Source: Phoronis australis
Taxonomy: Eukaryota > Animalia > Phoronida
Reading direction: 5' to 3'
DNA: 64,000 bases
NCBI GenBank assembly: GCA_002633005.1
Contig: NMRA01000227.1
Coordinates: 444,219-508,218, forward strand
Made by a program: the position numbers and the translations under genes. Below are positions 1 to 14,285 of this stretch, in pieces; the first letter of the stretch is position 1, and the number at the start of each line of letters is the position of its first letter. The notes beneath the pieces are model-generated. The model was not told the origin of the DNA. It saw only the letters and a program-made list of their open reading frames with translations, and did not search any database.

Positions 1-492
1 CCGTCATGTTGCGCTATCTATTGTTCTTTATTGTAGTTGATTGTATGCTCTCTATTTGATTTCTTCGCTAGTCACATGAATGTTATCGTGCTTGACAAAC
101 TACCACTTTAGATAGAGTTTTGAACGGGCTTTCAGAAGATAATTTCCATTTTGCGCTACGACGTCTACTTTTTGAATTATTCGAGATTTTCGGATACCGT
201 TGTTCCTTCAGTCACGTATGCACGCAGCTGGCTGGCTTTCAGTTCACTTTGTTTTGGTTATGTCTGCACAAGTTAACAGAGAGTTGTGACCCCGACTGAC
301 CCAGGTAGCACTGTCGTACTGTAGACTGGAATTCCAGGCGAAATACTATTGTAAACATAACTTTGCTCTGCATACTGACACATAGTGCCACCTGTTTTGG
401 ATTGCGGGAACAAAGCATGGCTCGTCCGTCATGTTGCGCTATCTATTGTTCTTTATTGTAGTTCAGTATATGCTCTCTATTTGATTTCTTCG
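1..492 (-). repeat. Repeat fragment with a 67-bp direct repeat (1-67 / 426-492), related to family B
   Basis: Near-identical ccgtcatgttgcgctatctattg... 425 bp apart; 98-209 is reverse-complement similar to 50150-50265. Confidence 0.65.
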
Positions 493-1715
493 TTATTAAA
501 ATGTAGCCAAAAAGACACATTCACAAAGATAACAACATGACCAAATTTCGTTTGATAAAGATGTTCAAAATGAAATCTCAAAATTATCGTTGAAAATTCA
601 ATTTTTTTCATAAAAGTCATAAAAACCTGACTTTGCATTAGCCCCTCAAGTCAAAAGTGAGACACTTTAAGAACATTTCCTCACAGTGATTTGGAGAACA
701 GTGCACAAAGTATAGTATAATTAGTTTCATATGAATCAGCCACAGAGATAATGAGATATATATTCCAAATTTAGCCAAATTTGGACATTATTTCTAGGAT
801 CCTACATAACTATTAAGACAGACAATGGGGACTGTGGCTCAGATCTTAGGTTTTATGAAACTGGCCATTGGCCTGTTGTGCTGCCAATGCACACTTGCAT
901 TCACATTTCTAAACCAACCAACTTGTTGCAGAATTTAAGACTGTTTTAAATTTATCAAGGAATCCTTACAAGTTACCTCTCCAGTAAAGATCAATATTTT
1001 TTCCTTTATATGTATCACTCCTTCCACCCTCAATCAATTTTGGTCTAAATCGTAGCAAACTAATTAGCCTTTGAAAATCGAAAAATTTCATTTTTGGCGA
1101 TTACTTTTTGTGGGAAATAAGCAAAGAAATACCATACTCAAAAGTGTTTATCATTACAATGCAAATACATCTTGTCAGTTATACACTACACACCTCCATC
1201 TTGTCAGTTCCATATTGGTGGAACACACACACAAACTGTCCACAAATTAGCACACAATGTGGCTAACAGAAACTTTTTACTTGTTTTAACTGTTCAAATA
1301 AAACTGCACAAAAGAAGAACAATGCAGAGCATTGATAAACGGCCAGTTGAGTGGATCGCATCTGGCACATAATGCAAGAAATGTTCATTATTCTTAACAG
1401 TCCCACATGAGGGAGAAATAGCACGAAAAATTTGGGACAGTGACAAAACACCCAAAATTCTAGAAACAGGCAATATTGATGACCTTAGGATACGGTATTT
1501 GCCTGCACAGAGCTACAACAATACATGTGTTATAAAATTCAACAGACTCATGACTATGAAGGAAAAAGATCTTATATGGTCAACATGTAAATATGTTCGT
1601 TTCGCATTCAAGCGAAGAAGAGCTTGTGTTACTTTTAGTGTTTAACACTTACCTGTATTGTGTTTGATGATTTGATTGCAACAAGGGCCGGAGGTCTAGT
1701 TATTGAATAAAAATA

Positions 1716-3482
1716 CAGAACTCGTCCGGGTTACCGCAATGTTAAGCTTACCGCTCACACCCTAAATGACCAACTTTTCATTTTTAAGGTTATGTCCAAC
1801 CTTATTTAGTGGCCTCCATTCTAACACTTATATCAAAAAAACTAAGCTTTGTCAACTAGTAAAAGTAAATATTTTCTGAAAGAACAAAGACCAGGAAATA
1901 TAAATATACTTTTTGTATTTATTTGTCATTATTATTTTTACGTAAAAAGATTTTTTAAGTAAAAAATCATTTTTAAGAAAGGTACATTCATAGCAAAATA
2001 ACCCCTCGGTCGATTTTAACGAAACATTTTTTAAATGAAAACTTCATCAATTACCTCAAAAACGCTGTTAGGAATTTTCGATTAGTTTGTTCGTTTGGTT
2101 TCTATGACAAATCAACTTGCAAAATGTAATGTATTTTTGTAAAAAATTGAAGTCATATTCGTCTTTGTCACATTACACAAAAACTAAGCTTTTATATCAG
2201 AAATCCTAACAGCGTTTTTGAGATTGGTGACTAAATATTAAGTTTGGAAAGTTTCAGCGAAATCCATCGAGCCATTTTCGAGAACTCGTGTTCCTAAGTT
2301 CAAATAAAGTCCATTTGCAGAAGCCGAGAAAAAGCCGATTAAACTGGGACACGTGAAAATCCCTAAGTCTTTGGTTAATTATTCTGTGAAAACTTGTTTT
2401 CGGTATACATAACCTATAGAATCCTTAACTATGTCACCTATTTCAATGTTTTCTTGCAATGTCAACTAATTTTGCAGTGCGTAACTAACTTAAATATGAT
2501 TAAAACCTCAAATAAACCTATCTTTCGCAGCCAACTTTTGCCGTTTTGTACGACCTACTTAGAAAAGTAGGTCACAGTTCATAGCCTGTACACGTCACGT
2601 GCTGGGAGACTGATACCAAACCAAGTAAGAAATGGATAACAAAAATTGAATTGATAGTTAAAGTAAGTCGTTAACATGAAATCGAAACATCGAAACGTTA
2701 ACTTAATAATTGAATTAAAGAATAAGGGGGAGGACTTATCTCTTTTCACAACTTTCTGTGTTCATGACCAGACTGAGGCCTGAGGCAACTCGTAGCATTT
2801 GTTTTCAACGTCAACGGTCGTATGCATGTAGGCCCACAACTCCCTTGGGATAAAAACTACGTTTTGTATTTGTTTTCCCCGGGACCATTCTATCATAACC
2901 ACACCTCGTTGGTTCAATGTTATGGCGAATTTGTGAATGAAAGGACTGAGAGTATACCGAAGCTGTTCTGTACCTGGCGGGAGACTCGATTTACTTGAAA
3001 GCTCTTTAACCTTTGACCTTGGATAAGTGCTAAACAAATATCCACGCGGTTGTGCGGTTCCAAGGTGGTTCTGCTAAATATTTTTTTTCTCGCTACGCAG
3101 TATCTATTTCGTATTTGAAGTTCCCCGAGAATGAAGATAAGGTATTTTGCTAGACACAAGTGAAATTTTGTAAAAATGGCCAATTTTTGTGAATAAGGTT
3201 GGAAATATCCTTAAGCGCCCATGCCCTGCTTACCGCCCACTCCCACTTTTTCATGATCGAGACTTCCTTAAAAGTGTCTGTGGTCAAAAACTTATTTTTT
3301 TGAACTCTTGATTTGCCTGATGACTTTTTTTACATGATGTGATTTTGCTTCACTACTTCCGCAGTCAACCAAGCCACTCCCGACTTTTCAAAAATTTTAC
3401 CTGCCCATGCTCAGCTTACCGCCCACCCTGTTTTTTAGGTTCCCAATTTAAGCGCCTTGGGCGGTAACCCGAACAAGTACAG
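1716..3482. mobile_element. Non-autonomous TA-targeting (Tc1/pogo-like) MITE interrupted by a nested element
   Basis: 22-bp imperfect TIRs at 1716-1737 (cagaactcgtccgggttaccgc) and 3461-3482 (gcggtaacccgaacaagtacag), with TA on the left. A second, inverted partial copy is at 60718-60845. Confidence 0.7.
1788..3210. mobile_element. TTAA-flanked Kolobok-like non-autonomous element
   Basis: TTAA|GGTTATGTCCAACCTTATT ... AATAAGGTTGGAAATATCC|TTAA, plus an internal inverted repeat at ~2057-2082 / 2196-2221. Confidence 0.8.
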
Positions 3483-3716
3483 AAAAAAAAAAATATATAT
3501 ATATATTGGCTGTCCCAAATTCAAGAATCACAGGAAAGACAGCAAAATTTCCCACTTTGTAGACACATTGTCTGAACTTTGGGAAATATGGTGAACACCA
3601 AAATCGTCCTTGTCCCAAATTCCAGAATCCACAAAATTCAATTTTACCAGGAAATTTCACACCCAAATTCTAAAGACTGTGCTAATTAGGAGAATTTTTA
3701 TCATTGCAAACTTTAA

Positions 3717-5373
3717 AGGAGCATACCACCCAAAAAACAACCTAATTTTTATCAATTTAGATTGAATAGTTCTACTCCATAACAACACATACGGTTGCGT
3801 TACCTGACACCTGACGGAAGACGGAGGTGTTGAAACTATCCAATGATGTCATCGGTTTCACACGCAGTCTGTTCAGCAGTTCACAACACGGGTTACTAGT
3901 GTCAGCTTATCGCTTGAAGTCATCGTTTAACACCAATAAATCACCAAACTTCGATGTAAAACCCTTAAAAATACACCGAGTTCTTATAAAAAAGTGTTGT
4001 TTTATTTCGCTCTTACGGATTTATTGGTATTTAGACACACCGTAGCCTACGAAGTTCGGCAGGCTAATAAGGTCCGTAGCAGGAGTTTGGGGTCTGTTCG
4101 GAGATAATTTCGAAGTATTTTCCGCGAGATACAGACAGGAGAACCTAGATCTGTGTTGTTTAGACTAGTGAGTTTTTGAGTTCTAAACACAAAACGCTTG
4201 TTATCCTGGCCAGTGGCTTGGAGCCCAATCAGGCCCGTCGCGGCCGGCCGGATTGACTCGTTATCCCGGCCAGTGGCTCGGAAACTGATCAGAAATCACG
4301 AACATAAACCAGCCAAAGTTCAGTGGAAACTAAACTTTCAGTCAAGAAAATTCTATACTAGTGAGCCAAAGTAATGTGCACCTGATTATGTTGGTGAATT
4401 AGCCACGAAACTGCAAATCTACTTAATCATCGGGGGGGGGCGCGAATTCAGGTTCCGCTTTGGCCACAGCACCGTCAAGCCAGAAGTTGTACATTCACAA
4501 TCCTTATTTGAGTAATGTAAATGTAAATAAAGATTCCCCTAACACCTGGCCGTGGGATGGAAATCGAGTTGTTTCACAACAGTTTCTGCCAGCAAACACT
4601 AAATTAGCATGAGCTCACACAGCCTCGGTGTCCCGTCAATTAGTTTATTGCACCTAAAGCCGGTAACGCAACGATTTATTCATTTCTGGCTTCTCAAATC
4701 ATTTGCACTCACGAACACTCCAAAGGTATAACAAATTGCATCTTATGTAAGTATTGGTTAGGGTGAGAATAATTCATTTTGAAACGGAACGCTCAGCAAT
4801 AAACGCCAACATGGCAACTCGCAATCCTGACTTAGGATGAGCTAGAGCTCATCAGTCCCGACTTCGCAGGTGGATCGTTAAGTTTTACAGGCTATCAATT
4901 CGAACAGGAATACAGTGATGAAGAAATACTAGAGAGGTGCCGTGAACAAGCTCAGACAACGGAACGTATGGAGTTATTTGGTAAGCCGGCATTCATCAGG
5001 CACTGTCGATGTCTGCAGGCCACAGACACGGAGATGTTTCATGGCCTCATACTTGCTATTTACAGCGTACATTTCCTTCTTCACTACCATGAGCCACTTC
5101 CTAAGCATTTCGGACTCTCGAGGAAGTAAAAAAAAAACGATACATCCCCTTTCCTCACAGCTGCTTAGTTCGGACAAGCAGGAACAATGCACCGCAACAT
5201 AGTGGCATTCACACTGCATATGAACCACTGACGTCGCTAGCGTCGTCTCTCACCTTGCTCACAGGTTAACGCGACACCTCTTGGCAAGGTAAGGTCGACC
5301 GTATGCGTGGCGATGTGGATATAGACCGATAAAGTCAGCAAAAAAGACTAATTAAATCGGGTGGCATTCTCCT
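3717..5373. mobile_element. TTAA-flanked Kolobok-like element with THAP remnant
   Basis: TTAA|AGGAGCATACCACCC ... GGGTGGCATTCTCCT|TTAA. Minus ORF 4974-5228 reads C..C...FFLLPRESEMLRKWL..VK...LRVCG (THAP-like). Confidence 0.8.
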
Positions 5374-6196
5374 TTAAGTAGCCTCTTGGCAGTGCAAAGA
5401 TACTTGTCGAGAGGAATCCTCTCAACCAAAAACATATCTGCACTGTAGTCAACTCTACAAACATCTACCAAGCAGTTTGGTAAATACCAAGGTGAACACC
5501 AACAAACTGAAATTGTCAAAAGACAAAATCCTATAGACATTTGTAGGAAAATTAGGGGATGCCGTCTTATCTGTAATAGAAACATAAGAGCCAAATATCA
5601 CAAACATCACTCAGACAAGTGGTTTGGCAAAGAGATCTGGATACCAAAAAATGAAGTTGCTACTCAGTGTGCACGGCACTTTTCATATCTGTTCAAACAT
5701 CGACAGGTACTTACATATGAGCTAAAATTCATAACTATCTTTTACATACTGAAATTTAGTTGGTAGACAGATTGTGCCAAAACTGTCTGGAGTGTGTAGC
5801 CTATTTCTTACTACAACATACAGGTCTGGCGTTATTTGGGTTTTTATGGTGACTTTTGTTCACTAATCATTACTAGCCTTCTAGATGAATGACTTCGACA
5901 TAGGGTATCATTTTTGTCTCATGGACATGACACTTACACACAAGTATCTCTTCAGTAGCCTGATGTTTTATTTTGATTGTGATCTATCACAAAGTGGCGC
6001 TGTGGCGGCCATTTCTTATTTTTCTGTTTATAAACTATATATAGCTCCAGCATCCTCTGACAGATCTTTCAGAAGCTTGGCATGTGAATTGATCTCATCG
6101 AGGGCAATCAGAAATGTATTTTTCTTGTTATCACTTTCTATTTCCTGACAGCTCTTATCATATATTGCATGATGTTTCATTGCACTTTTGTTGGTG

Positions 6197-6275
6197 TACC
6201 ATCACCATCACCATCACACTATCATCACCACACTATCATCACCACCATCGCCACCGCACAATCAACACCAATCAT
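6197..6275. repeat. (CAC/CAT)n low-complexity repeat
   Basis: accatcaccatcaccatcacactatcatcacc... Confidence 0.85.
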
Positions 6276-7688
6276 TATGTTTGTCAATTTTGCCACAAGT
6301 TGCTAAGTGTTTTCATTCTCAGAGCCACCTTTCTATCTATGGAACCCTTGTAAAACTTGGTAAAATATTTTTTCCAAGTAATAATCGCATTCACTTGATC
6401 CATCCAAAATCAAACATGTGACCTTCAATCCTTGATACTGAAATATTTGCCATCAAGGAACTTGTTTGATATTGAGATAAGCAAAAAAACTGCCACTTCG
6501 AGGTGCTAAAGTAGTCGGATCTGTCATCAAATCACCAGGTTTCTTCAATATCATCACATCTATTAAATTTCATAAAGATCCATAAAACAACTTGTTAGAC
6601 ACAGTGTCAGATGCAAGGAAACTACGACTGACACCAGGAGGCACCATAGCAGTTGCAACTTCCCAAAATCACAAGAAGTTAATACTGTTTTAATAGGATA
6701 GCATCTATGAAATTTCACAAATACAAACATGACAAATATTCCAAATGGCAATAAGACACTAAAGCCGATAACTTGTTTTCCTGAACAACATAGCATCCAA
6801 AAAGTCTGCCCTATTTTGAAGTTAATAGTTGATAACTTCAAATTTAGAATTCTGATACTAGAATGTAAATCCAGTCCAGTATAGTATGAAGACAAGTAGC
6901 TCAACATAACAACAAATGGTCAACTGTGACCTGGCAAAATGACCAGGTCAACAAATGGGAAAAGAGGTTGGCAAAAGAAGAAACCCCCTACGAGGGGGTG
7001 CAAACATCCCTAACCCCTCAAAAAGATGTGTAGTTGAGAACAGTTGAAAATAAGAAAGAATATCTGAACGACTCAACCACCAGGCCATCAGGGCGCCTTG
7101 TCTGCGCGTACGTCATGAACAGGCCCTTGTAAATTTTGCGGAACAATTTCTCGTCTCCTTACGCTCTACATTTATTATGAGCGTTTGCTTGGATGTGTGC
7201 TAAGCAATGTGGTGCGCCCACACAAAATCTGAGTGCATTGGATTACATTGTTGACTGCAATGTATTGTGACTGTATTCTAATCCGTACTAATTCACATGG
7301 GAGAGCACAGTGGCTGTTCATAAAGACATTATGGTAGATCATAACATTAATAAAGACATGGCTCTGTCCCAACAGTAACAGATGCTCCACTTATGTTTCA
7401 CATGCAAAGTGTTTAATGGACTTATCTGATACCCAAGGGATAACATACAACAGGATAACTGTCAAAACAGACAAGCTGAGCTTAGCAGTCAGAATTAATA
7501 TACAAGCATTTATCTGGTGATATGCAGCAATCACAAGCTGAGTTGCACAACCAACAGGTCAACCAGGGGCTAGACTTCACTATGACATTTTTGTTAGAAA
7601 TAATCATGTCCTACCATTCATGGATTCAGGTAAACCACGGGAGAGACCGACTGTCTTTGTTACAAATGAATACGTCCTACCCAAACTA

Positions 7689-7938
7689 CCTAATCTACAC
7701 GGTTAACGGAGTCATAAACACGGTCACGTGACGGACGCATGAACACGACTCACGTACCTGCAAACATGGGAACGGACTCACAAAACAGAATCCATTCACC
7801 CACATTCACGAAGAAACACGGTAAACGGACCGCCAAACACGGGTAACGGACTCATCGGCTTCCTGGGTCAGCTGATGTCTACATTTTGTCAGTAAACTGT
7901 GTTTGGCGGTCTGTTAACGGTTAACCATGTAGTTTAGG
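7689..7938. mobile_element. TA-flanked MITE
   Basis: TA|CCTAATCTACACGGTTAAC ... GTTAACCATGTAGTTTAGG|TA, with internal AAACACGG/AACGGAC motif repeats. Confidence 0.65.
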
Positions 7939-8718
7939 TACCTTGCTACCCATCACAGGCTGGTTGATGTGCAGTTAGGGTGATCTACTATCAATTATAC
8001 AAGTAGATCCTTTACACCTGTTCATTGTACTATACACCCTACAACTCTCCATCACTCTGGTCAATGGTTCAGTATACCGTTAACGCCCATGCTCATATAA
8101 GCGCCCACACTCTACTTTTGATATTTTTACATTAAGCAGCTAAGGTGTTGCTATTAAAGTACCCACCATCTACTCTAGACAATTTCAGATCAAGGGCCTA
8201 GTGCTCAGGCTAGCCACCACTTGTTACTTGGCGAAATAAATTTCGCCAAGTATGTTGCTCTTCCACTAAGTTTTTTTACTTGGCGAAATAAATTTCGCCA
8301 AGTATATTGCTCTTCCACTAAGTTTTTTTTTTTGTTTGTTCGCACGATACAGGTCGCAATTTTCGTCCGATCATCACGAAATTTACACATAATACNGGCG
8401 GTCTGTTAACCGTTAACCATGTAGTTTAGGTACCTTGCTACCCATCACAGGCTGGTTGATGTGCAGTTAGGGTGATGTAGTATCAATTATACAAGTAGAT
8501 CCTTTACACCTGTTCATTGTACTATACACCCTACAACTCTCCATCACTCTGGTCAATGGTTCAGTATACCGTTAACGCCCATGCTCATATAAGCGCCCAC
8601 ACTCTACTTTTAATATTTTTACATTAAGCAGCTAAGGTGTTGCTATTAAAGTACCCACCATCTACTCTAGACAATTTCAGATCAAGGGCCTAGTGCTCAG
8701 GCTAGCCACCACTTGTTA
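7905..8718. other. 322-bp near-identical duplication across an N (7905-8226 / 8397-8718)
   Basis: The copies differ by a few substitutions; N at 8396. Confidence 0.9.
8227..8395 (-). mobile_element. 3' end of a family B HINE-like element, truncated at N 8396
   Basis: Palindrome TACTTGGCGAAATAAATTTCGCCAAGTA occurs twice; reverse-complement match to ~50840-50945. Confidence 0.72.
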
Positions 8719-11700
8719 TTTACTTTACCAGCCACGCTTTGAAACGTGACACCAGATCACTACTCTTTCTATTCTTGTCCTGGCTGCTAATTTTGTCACA
8801 TATTTCTGGGAATAATCCATTTTAAATCGAGAAGCTGTCATCACTGCATCAATATTTCTATAGTAATTAATAAGCTATTTATCTTTAGGGCCTGTCATAC
8901 TGACTTAACTCAGGTCTGAGTGGAGCGTCCACGTAAAATACAAAGTTAACAGAACCATTCATGCCGGCATCGGTAGCAAATGGACATCGTAGTAAACTTA
9001 AGGTGATGTTGTCATCAAAGTAATCGCAAGGTAGCGCTGATGCATCGCGTGCACGCTAAGATTTTTTTAATGTGACAATTTGGGAACATATACATGTGCT
9101 AATTGACATAAAACTTATTTCTAATTCGATTGGTGGTTATTCGAGCAAAATATAAGCAAATATTAGCGACAACACTGCCCTTTAATTGTTGAGATAACAA
9201 AGGCCCCTGGTGATAACTTTGATGGGACCGAAGTTGACACTTCATCCTGCGTCGGCGCTCCGCTCTTAAATCCACCTGTTTACTGTTAACTGGTGCTGTT
9301 AACTTCGATCAGGACCAAAGTTAATCATTCATAGTGATTGCAACTCCCCAAAACATCAACGTGTCAACGTTAGTGTAAAAGGGCTTTTAGAGACAGGATT
9401 TAATTTCTTTTTTACCGTTATAATCAGTCTGTGTCCATATCAATAAATGATCTTGCGACGCATGTGTACCGCTATTTATGACAACAGGATGGTGCCTATA
9501 ACGAAGCATCCAGATCATTTGTTTACTTTTTTGTCACCTTTGTAGTCAAATATTTTTGTGGTAATGGTGACAGCAAATGTTTTCAGAAAGTCACGATTAA
9601 ATCATAATCCATTCCTGGCTTTTGAGATGCAATCCCATTACAATGCATATCAATTGTTATTATAAAACTTGCTCAGATGGTTTTTGTGGAACGGGAACTC
9701 TGGAGTCACATCGGCCAGGATATGTTGCTAAAACTGCCTACGGGAGTATCGTGGTATTAGTGGCCTAGTTGGCTCGCAGTGTCATGGGTAATCCAAACGA
9801 AAATGATCATTCTAGCACAGCATAAATACTTCTTTGCTTTAGTTTCAGGGAAAAACTTTTCGAATTCAATAACTTTTGGTGTAAGTGGATTGAGTGCCGA
9901 GACTGCACTCAACTTCCACAATCACTCACTCACCGGGTCTCCACCAAACGGTCATCTGGAGTTGATAAAAGTTTTAAAAACTTGAACAATAGGTGACTGC
10001 TCATATTGGCCCTCTCTAGAGTAATGAGCGCGAGAAAGCAACTTCCATTTGATCCTGCCTCAAACTTGGTGGTCACAACTTCAGTACAGCATAGTGGTTC
10101 GTTAATTTAAAAACAGAGGAATAAATCCATTGTCAAACCCCCAATTGTTTACTTAGGTTAAGTTCACAAAAGTATTTGAGATTTTTGACATCTGCTGGGA
10201 TCAAAATTTTACCGCTTTATCAGTTGCAGTCACTGACTATACAACCGCGGATTCTTCTTCGCAGATGGAAATGTATGTGACATGATCTCCTTCATCTATG
10301 CATATATCAATTGCTTTGAGTTTTTTCGTAAGCCATCAGTATATATCCGACTGCACACCAGTGCATTAGCTGGCTTTATAACAAGAGGAAAAGCGTTAAA
10401 ACGCTGTTACTACATTAAGACCTCCCGTCCGCATGACATGGGACCTGTAGGTGGCGCTGCATGCCTGTGTACCAAAGACGTGATCGCTGTGTGGTGGGAT
10501 AGTGCATTTCAATATGGCCCAGCTATTTTGAAAGTCAGCTATTCAAAAAATCTACATTACAATACTAGTATATAGCTATGGTCTAATTACACAAAAATGT
10601 AGGGCTCTGTGATTTATCACTGAACAAGCACCTACTGTCCATGGCCGGACAGGGAAATTCGACACCAATCGAAACTTCAGCTCACATCAGACGTTCTTTC
10701 AAAGTTCTAGAAAATCAGCAATTATGAAATAAAATTATTCTTTAGTTCAAAAATTGTATGTGTTCATATGGGATTTGCATCATTGTTTGATGTTTTATTG
10801 GTGCCATCGAAATCACAGAATAGATTGATATGCAAGTGTTTTTTATAGTAAACTATTCATTTTAAAGCCCATGTTCAGGTAAGTGCTAACCCACAATTTC
10901 TTGAAATTTCTGCCTTAAGTGCCCGTCTCTGATTTCAAAGCTTGCCAATATTTAAAGGTGTAAGTGGAATGTTACAGTGCCTAATAAGTATGTATGACAG
11001 TGTATTCCCACTGCACCTCAACAAGCAATTCCGTTTCATAGCAGTGCAGTTATAGTGAGTCACCTCTGAAAACATATTGTAAATACCACTAGATAGCACA
11101 CTTTTACAGCATCCTCTTCAAACTCTATAAGCACACTTTTACAGCACCCTCTTCGGTTATCACAAGTGATGCCTGGTCAAGTACATTTAGATATCTTCTG
11201 AAATTATTACCAGCATACCAGTAACAGGGTCAGTTGCTAATACAGCAACAAAGGAGTTCAGGCCTACGCAAATACTACTGGAAAATTTGGACAATGATGA
11301 AGTTTCCAGATAAAGCCCACTACATAAGCCAATTGTAAGGTCAGTAGTAAAGACCATCTCAAAAACATTGCAGGAGAAAGTTGCAAATTTCACGTGACAC
11401 AGCTCCAACTCATTATACATGACCAGTAACTTCAGTTTTCTCCCCTAAAAAAACTTGCCCTTGACCAACTTGTCTCAGGGACAAATACAGCCCATAGCTT
11501 TAGATGTTACGCCTATGAATATTGTAAATGAAACACTGTAAGTTTCAACCTGGTTCTACTGCATTGCAAATATTGCTTTATTGTTACAGGGTTGAACTCT
11601 GGAATAAATAATTTCAAAACAACTACAGACAGTTTATATTGAGACCATTACAAAAATGTCATGTGACCCTGCTATGGTTGCCACTTAACTTTTGAAAGTA

Positions 11701-12363
11701 AACAAGGCGAGGTTTTGACTTAAAACTGTGAAAAATTATGAGTTACTTCCCCTGTGAAAAACATTTTGTTACAATGAATGAGCATCTAATGCTGAATGTT
11801 GTCCTGGTAAGTGCAAATTTCAAAAACAACACAGTTTTTTACAGTATTACAGAAACTCCTATCACAGTACCCTGCTCATGGTGAAAAATTCTCATAAGTA
11901 TAAGGTGGGGGCTTAGCAGGGCATTGGGCAGTTAATGCAATACGTAATATAGTAAGTGCACAAATGGTAACTGCTACTTTGTCTGCCAGTTTGCGAGCAC
12001 ATTGCGACTTGCTCCATGGCAAGTTATCCTAGAACAAAGGGCAAATACATAGCACTACGGTACTAAACCTAAAGACAACTTGTTCCAAAAGCTACTCTGT
12101 AACTTATTCTAGGATAACTCCTTGAGTGAACATATGATAAGTTCCCTTTTCTTTTCATCGGTACATCCAACGGATTGTTCCGAAACAGAAAAGGGAACAC
12201 ATTTTGGAACTTTGGGATCACGTTCGATGAGTTGATCAACTAAAATTTGAAATTGCATTTGGCAAGTGAGACCAGTTGACCTAAAATAACCATGACCACT
12301 TGGTAAGATGGTGTTCCATCATATCAGATTATGCAATGAAACTTTCTATCAGTTAATATTCAA

Positions 12364-12440
12364 GTGGGTAAGACCGCAGACAACATGTGGGTAAGACCTG
12401 GCAGACAACATGTGGGTAAGACCTGGCAGACAACATGTGA
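12364..12440. repeat. 25-bp tandem repeat x3
   Basis: Unit gtgggtaagacctggcagacaacat. Confidence 0.85.
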
Positions 12441-14285
12441 TTAGAGTGAAAGTAAAATCTCACGGCTATTTGCAAAGCTCACGTCCCCAACCCAAGTCAC
12501 TAATGTCTATATTGCTCAGGTAGATACTCACATTGAGCTAAGCACCCACACCTCAGTCTTTAGCAACTTCTCCTTTCAAAGCAGGTTGTGCTCGACTTAA
12601 AGATTACCAAATGATTTTCAAGCTTCTCAATCCAAGAGCCCTGTACAGTTACCTGGAACAGACACACAATTTGATTACTATCATATAACATATTGAAATT
12701 ACTTGCTTCCATAATTAAAAGCTTAAACTTCATCTAATCCTTTCTAATCAACTGACACTATTCAGTTTGAAGATTTCATTTTTTAGAGAACTGGCCTTGT
12801 GATATTACAGTGAACAAAATTTCAGTAGAGAGCTGAATGTCAGTCGCAATCATAGGTTCAGTTTCTGAGATCTAAGCTTCATCTTTGATCAATACATTTC
12901 TCATGTGACAGAAATGTCTCTGTAGAATGCCTGATCTCCTTCGAATATACTACACTCGATTATCACTCGTCATCTTTTGCTTGGAATCAGATCGTTGCAC
13001 ACGTGCTCAGTGCGTGTGACATCTACCACCAGAGAGCATAGTGAGTAAATCAAGCTCAATTTTTATTATAATTGCCTTTTGAAATGTTTTTAGATTCTTT
13101 AAGGTTAACACATTTGTTCTAAAGCTCAGAACCGATTTGTTTTCAATCGACTTCTCCATATTGGCTTTAGTGGCTACATCTCCACATTTACAAAACAAAC
13201 ACCGAATAGGTTTGGACACTGCGCTATCTGTTAGAATGCTACCCCATGCATGTACAAATATCACCTGCCTGTCACAAACTTCCTCTAAAAATGGTGAAAA
13301 ATTCAAATCCTTTTTGCGACATTTGTCTATTATTTTTTCATTTGTTAATCTTTCAGCAGTGCAATGACGGTTATAGTGAGGAGACAACAGTTCATAGTGA
13401 ATCAAATCACGTGGGAAATCTTGATCAATGTATAGACAGAAACCTAAATCTACACATGTACAAAATGTCACATCCCCAACTTGTCTCTGCAAGGTACAAA
13501 TTGATTTTTTAAGACAATCAATTCACAGGAATGTTCAGGTTGAATCAATTTAATTAAACTTAACTGTTCATTTTCAAACACGCTTCCCAGACCAATTTAA
13601 ATTATTAACTAATTTCAGATGGATTTAAAAGTGCCCTTTTAATGTTTTTTTGTCCAAGGTCCCTTTCTCATTTGGAGAACTTCGGTTTACTGAAGCTTCA
13701 CCGAAACTCGCTTACCTTTACGATTAGACAGCATTATCGAATTTATCAGTATGACAACAGACGCAGTTCATTTGTACTCTTAAATGATTATTGAGCATTG
13801 GGTTTGATGCTGCCTGAAAATTGTTCTCCTGCCATTTATGAGAGTTTATGGAATAATCAGTGTCATTCATCAGATCTTTCTTTTATTTATTTACGTCCGT
13901 CTTTTGATAGAACATCGCTTACCCTGCAATAACAAAGAACATATTTTGCAAGTCTCGCGTGATCGTATATCGTTACTGCGCCCTTACTGATAACCTCAAC
14001 GAAGCTTCGCTTTGACTGTTCTCACTACACTGAAGTTTCGGAGAGTACCGAAGCTTTGCTTTTAAATCCTATTTTAAGCGAAGTTTCGCTTGCAGATTAA
14101 CTATTCCCACTTACTGAAAATTCGGTAAAAGCAAAGTTTCGACTCTAATGAGTATGCGAAACAAAAGAGTGGCGCTATTACTTAAAGTTTGACTAGTAGT
14201 TTCATAATAACAGGCTCGTTTATGACAGGAAGTAAATAAGCAGTGTTAACCCAGCCATGTTTAAAAAGCTCAGAGCCATATGTTT

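Noticed and set aside
6114-6421. His-rich ORFs
   Set aside because: CAC/CAT microsatellite.
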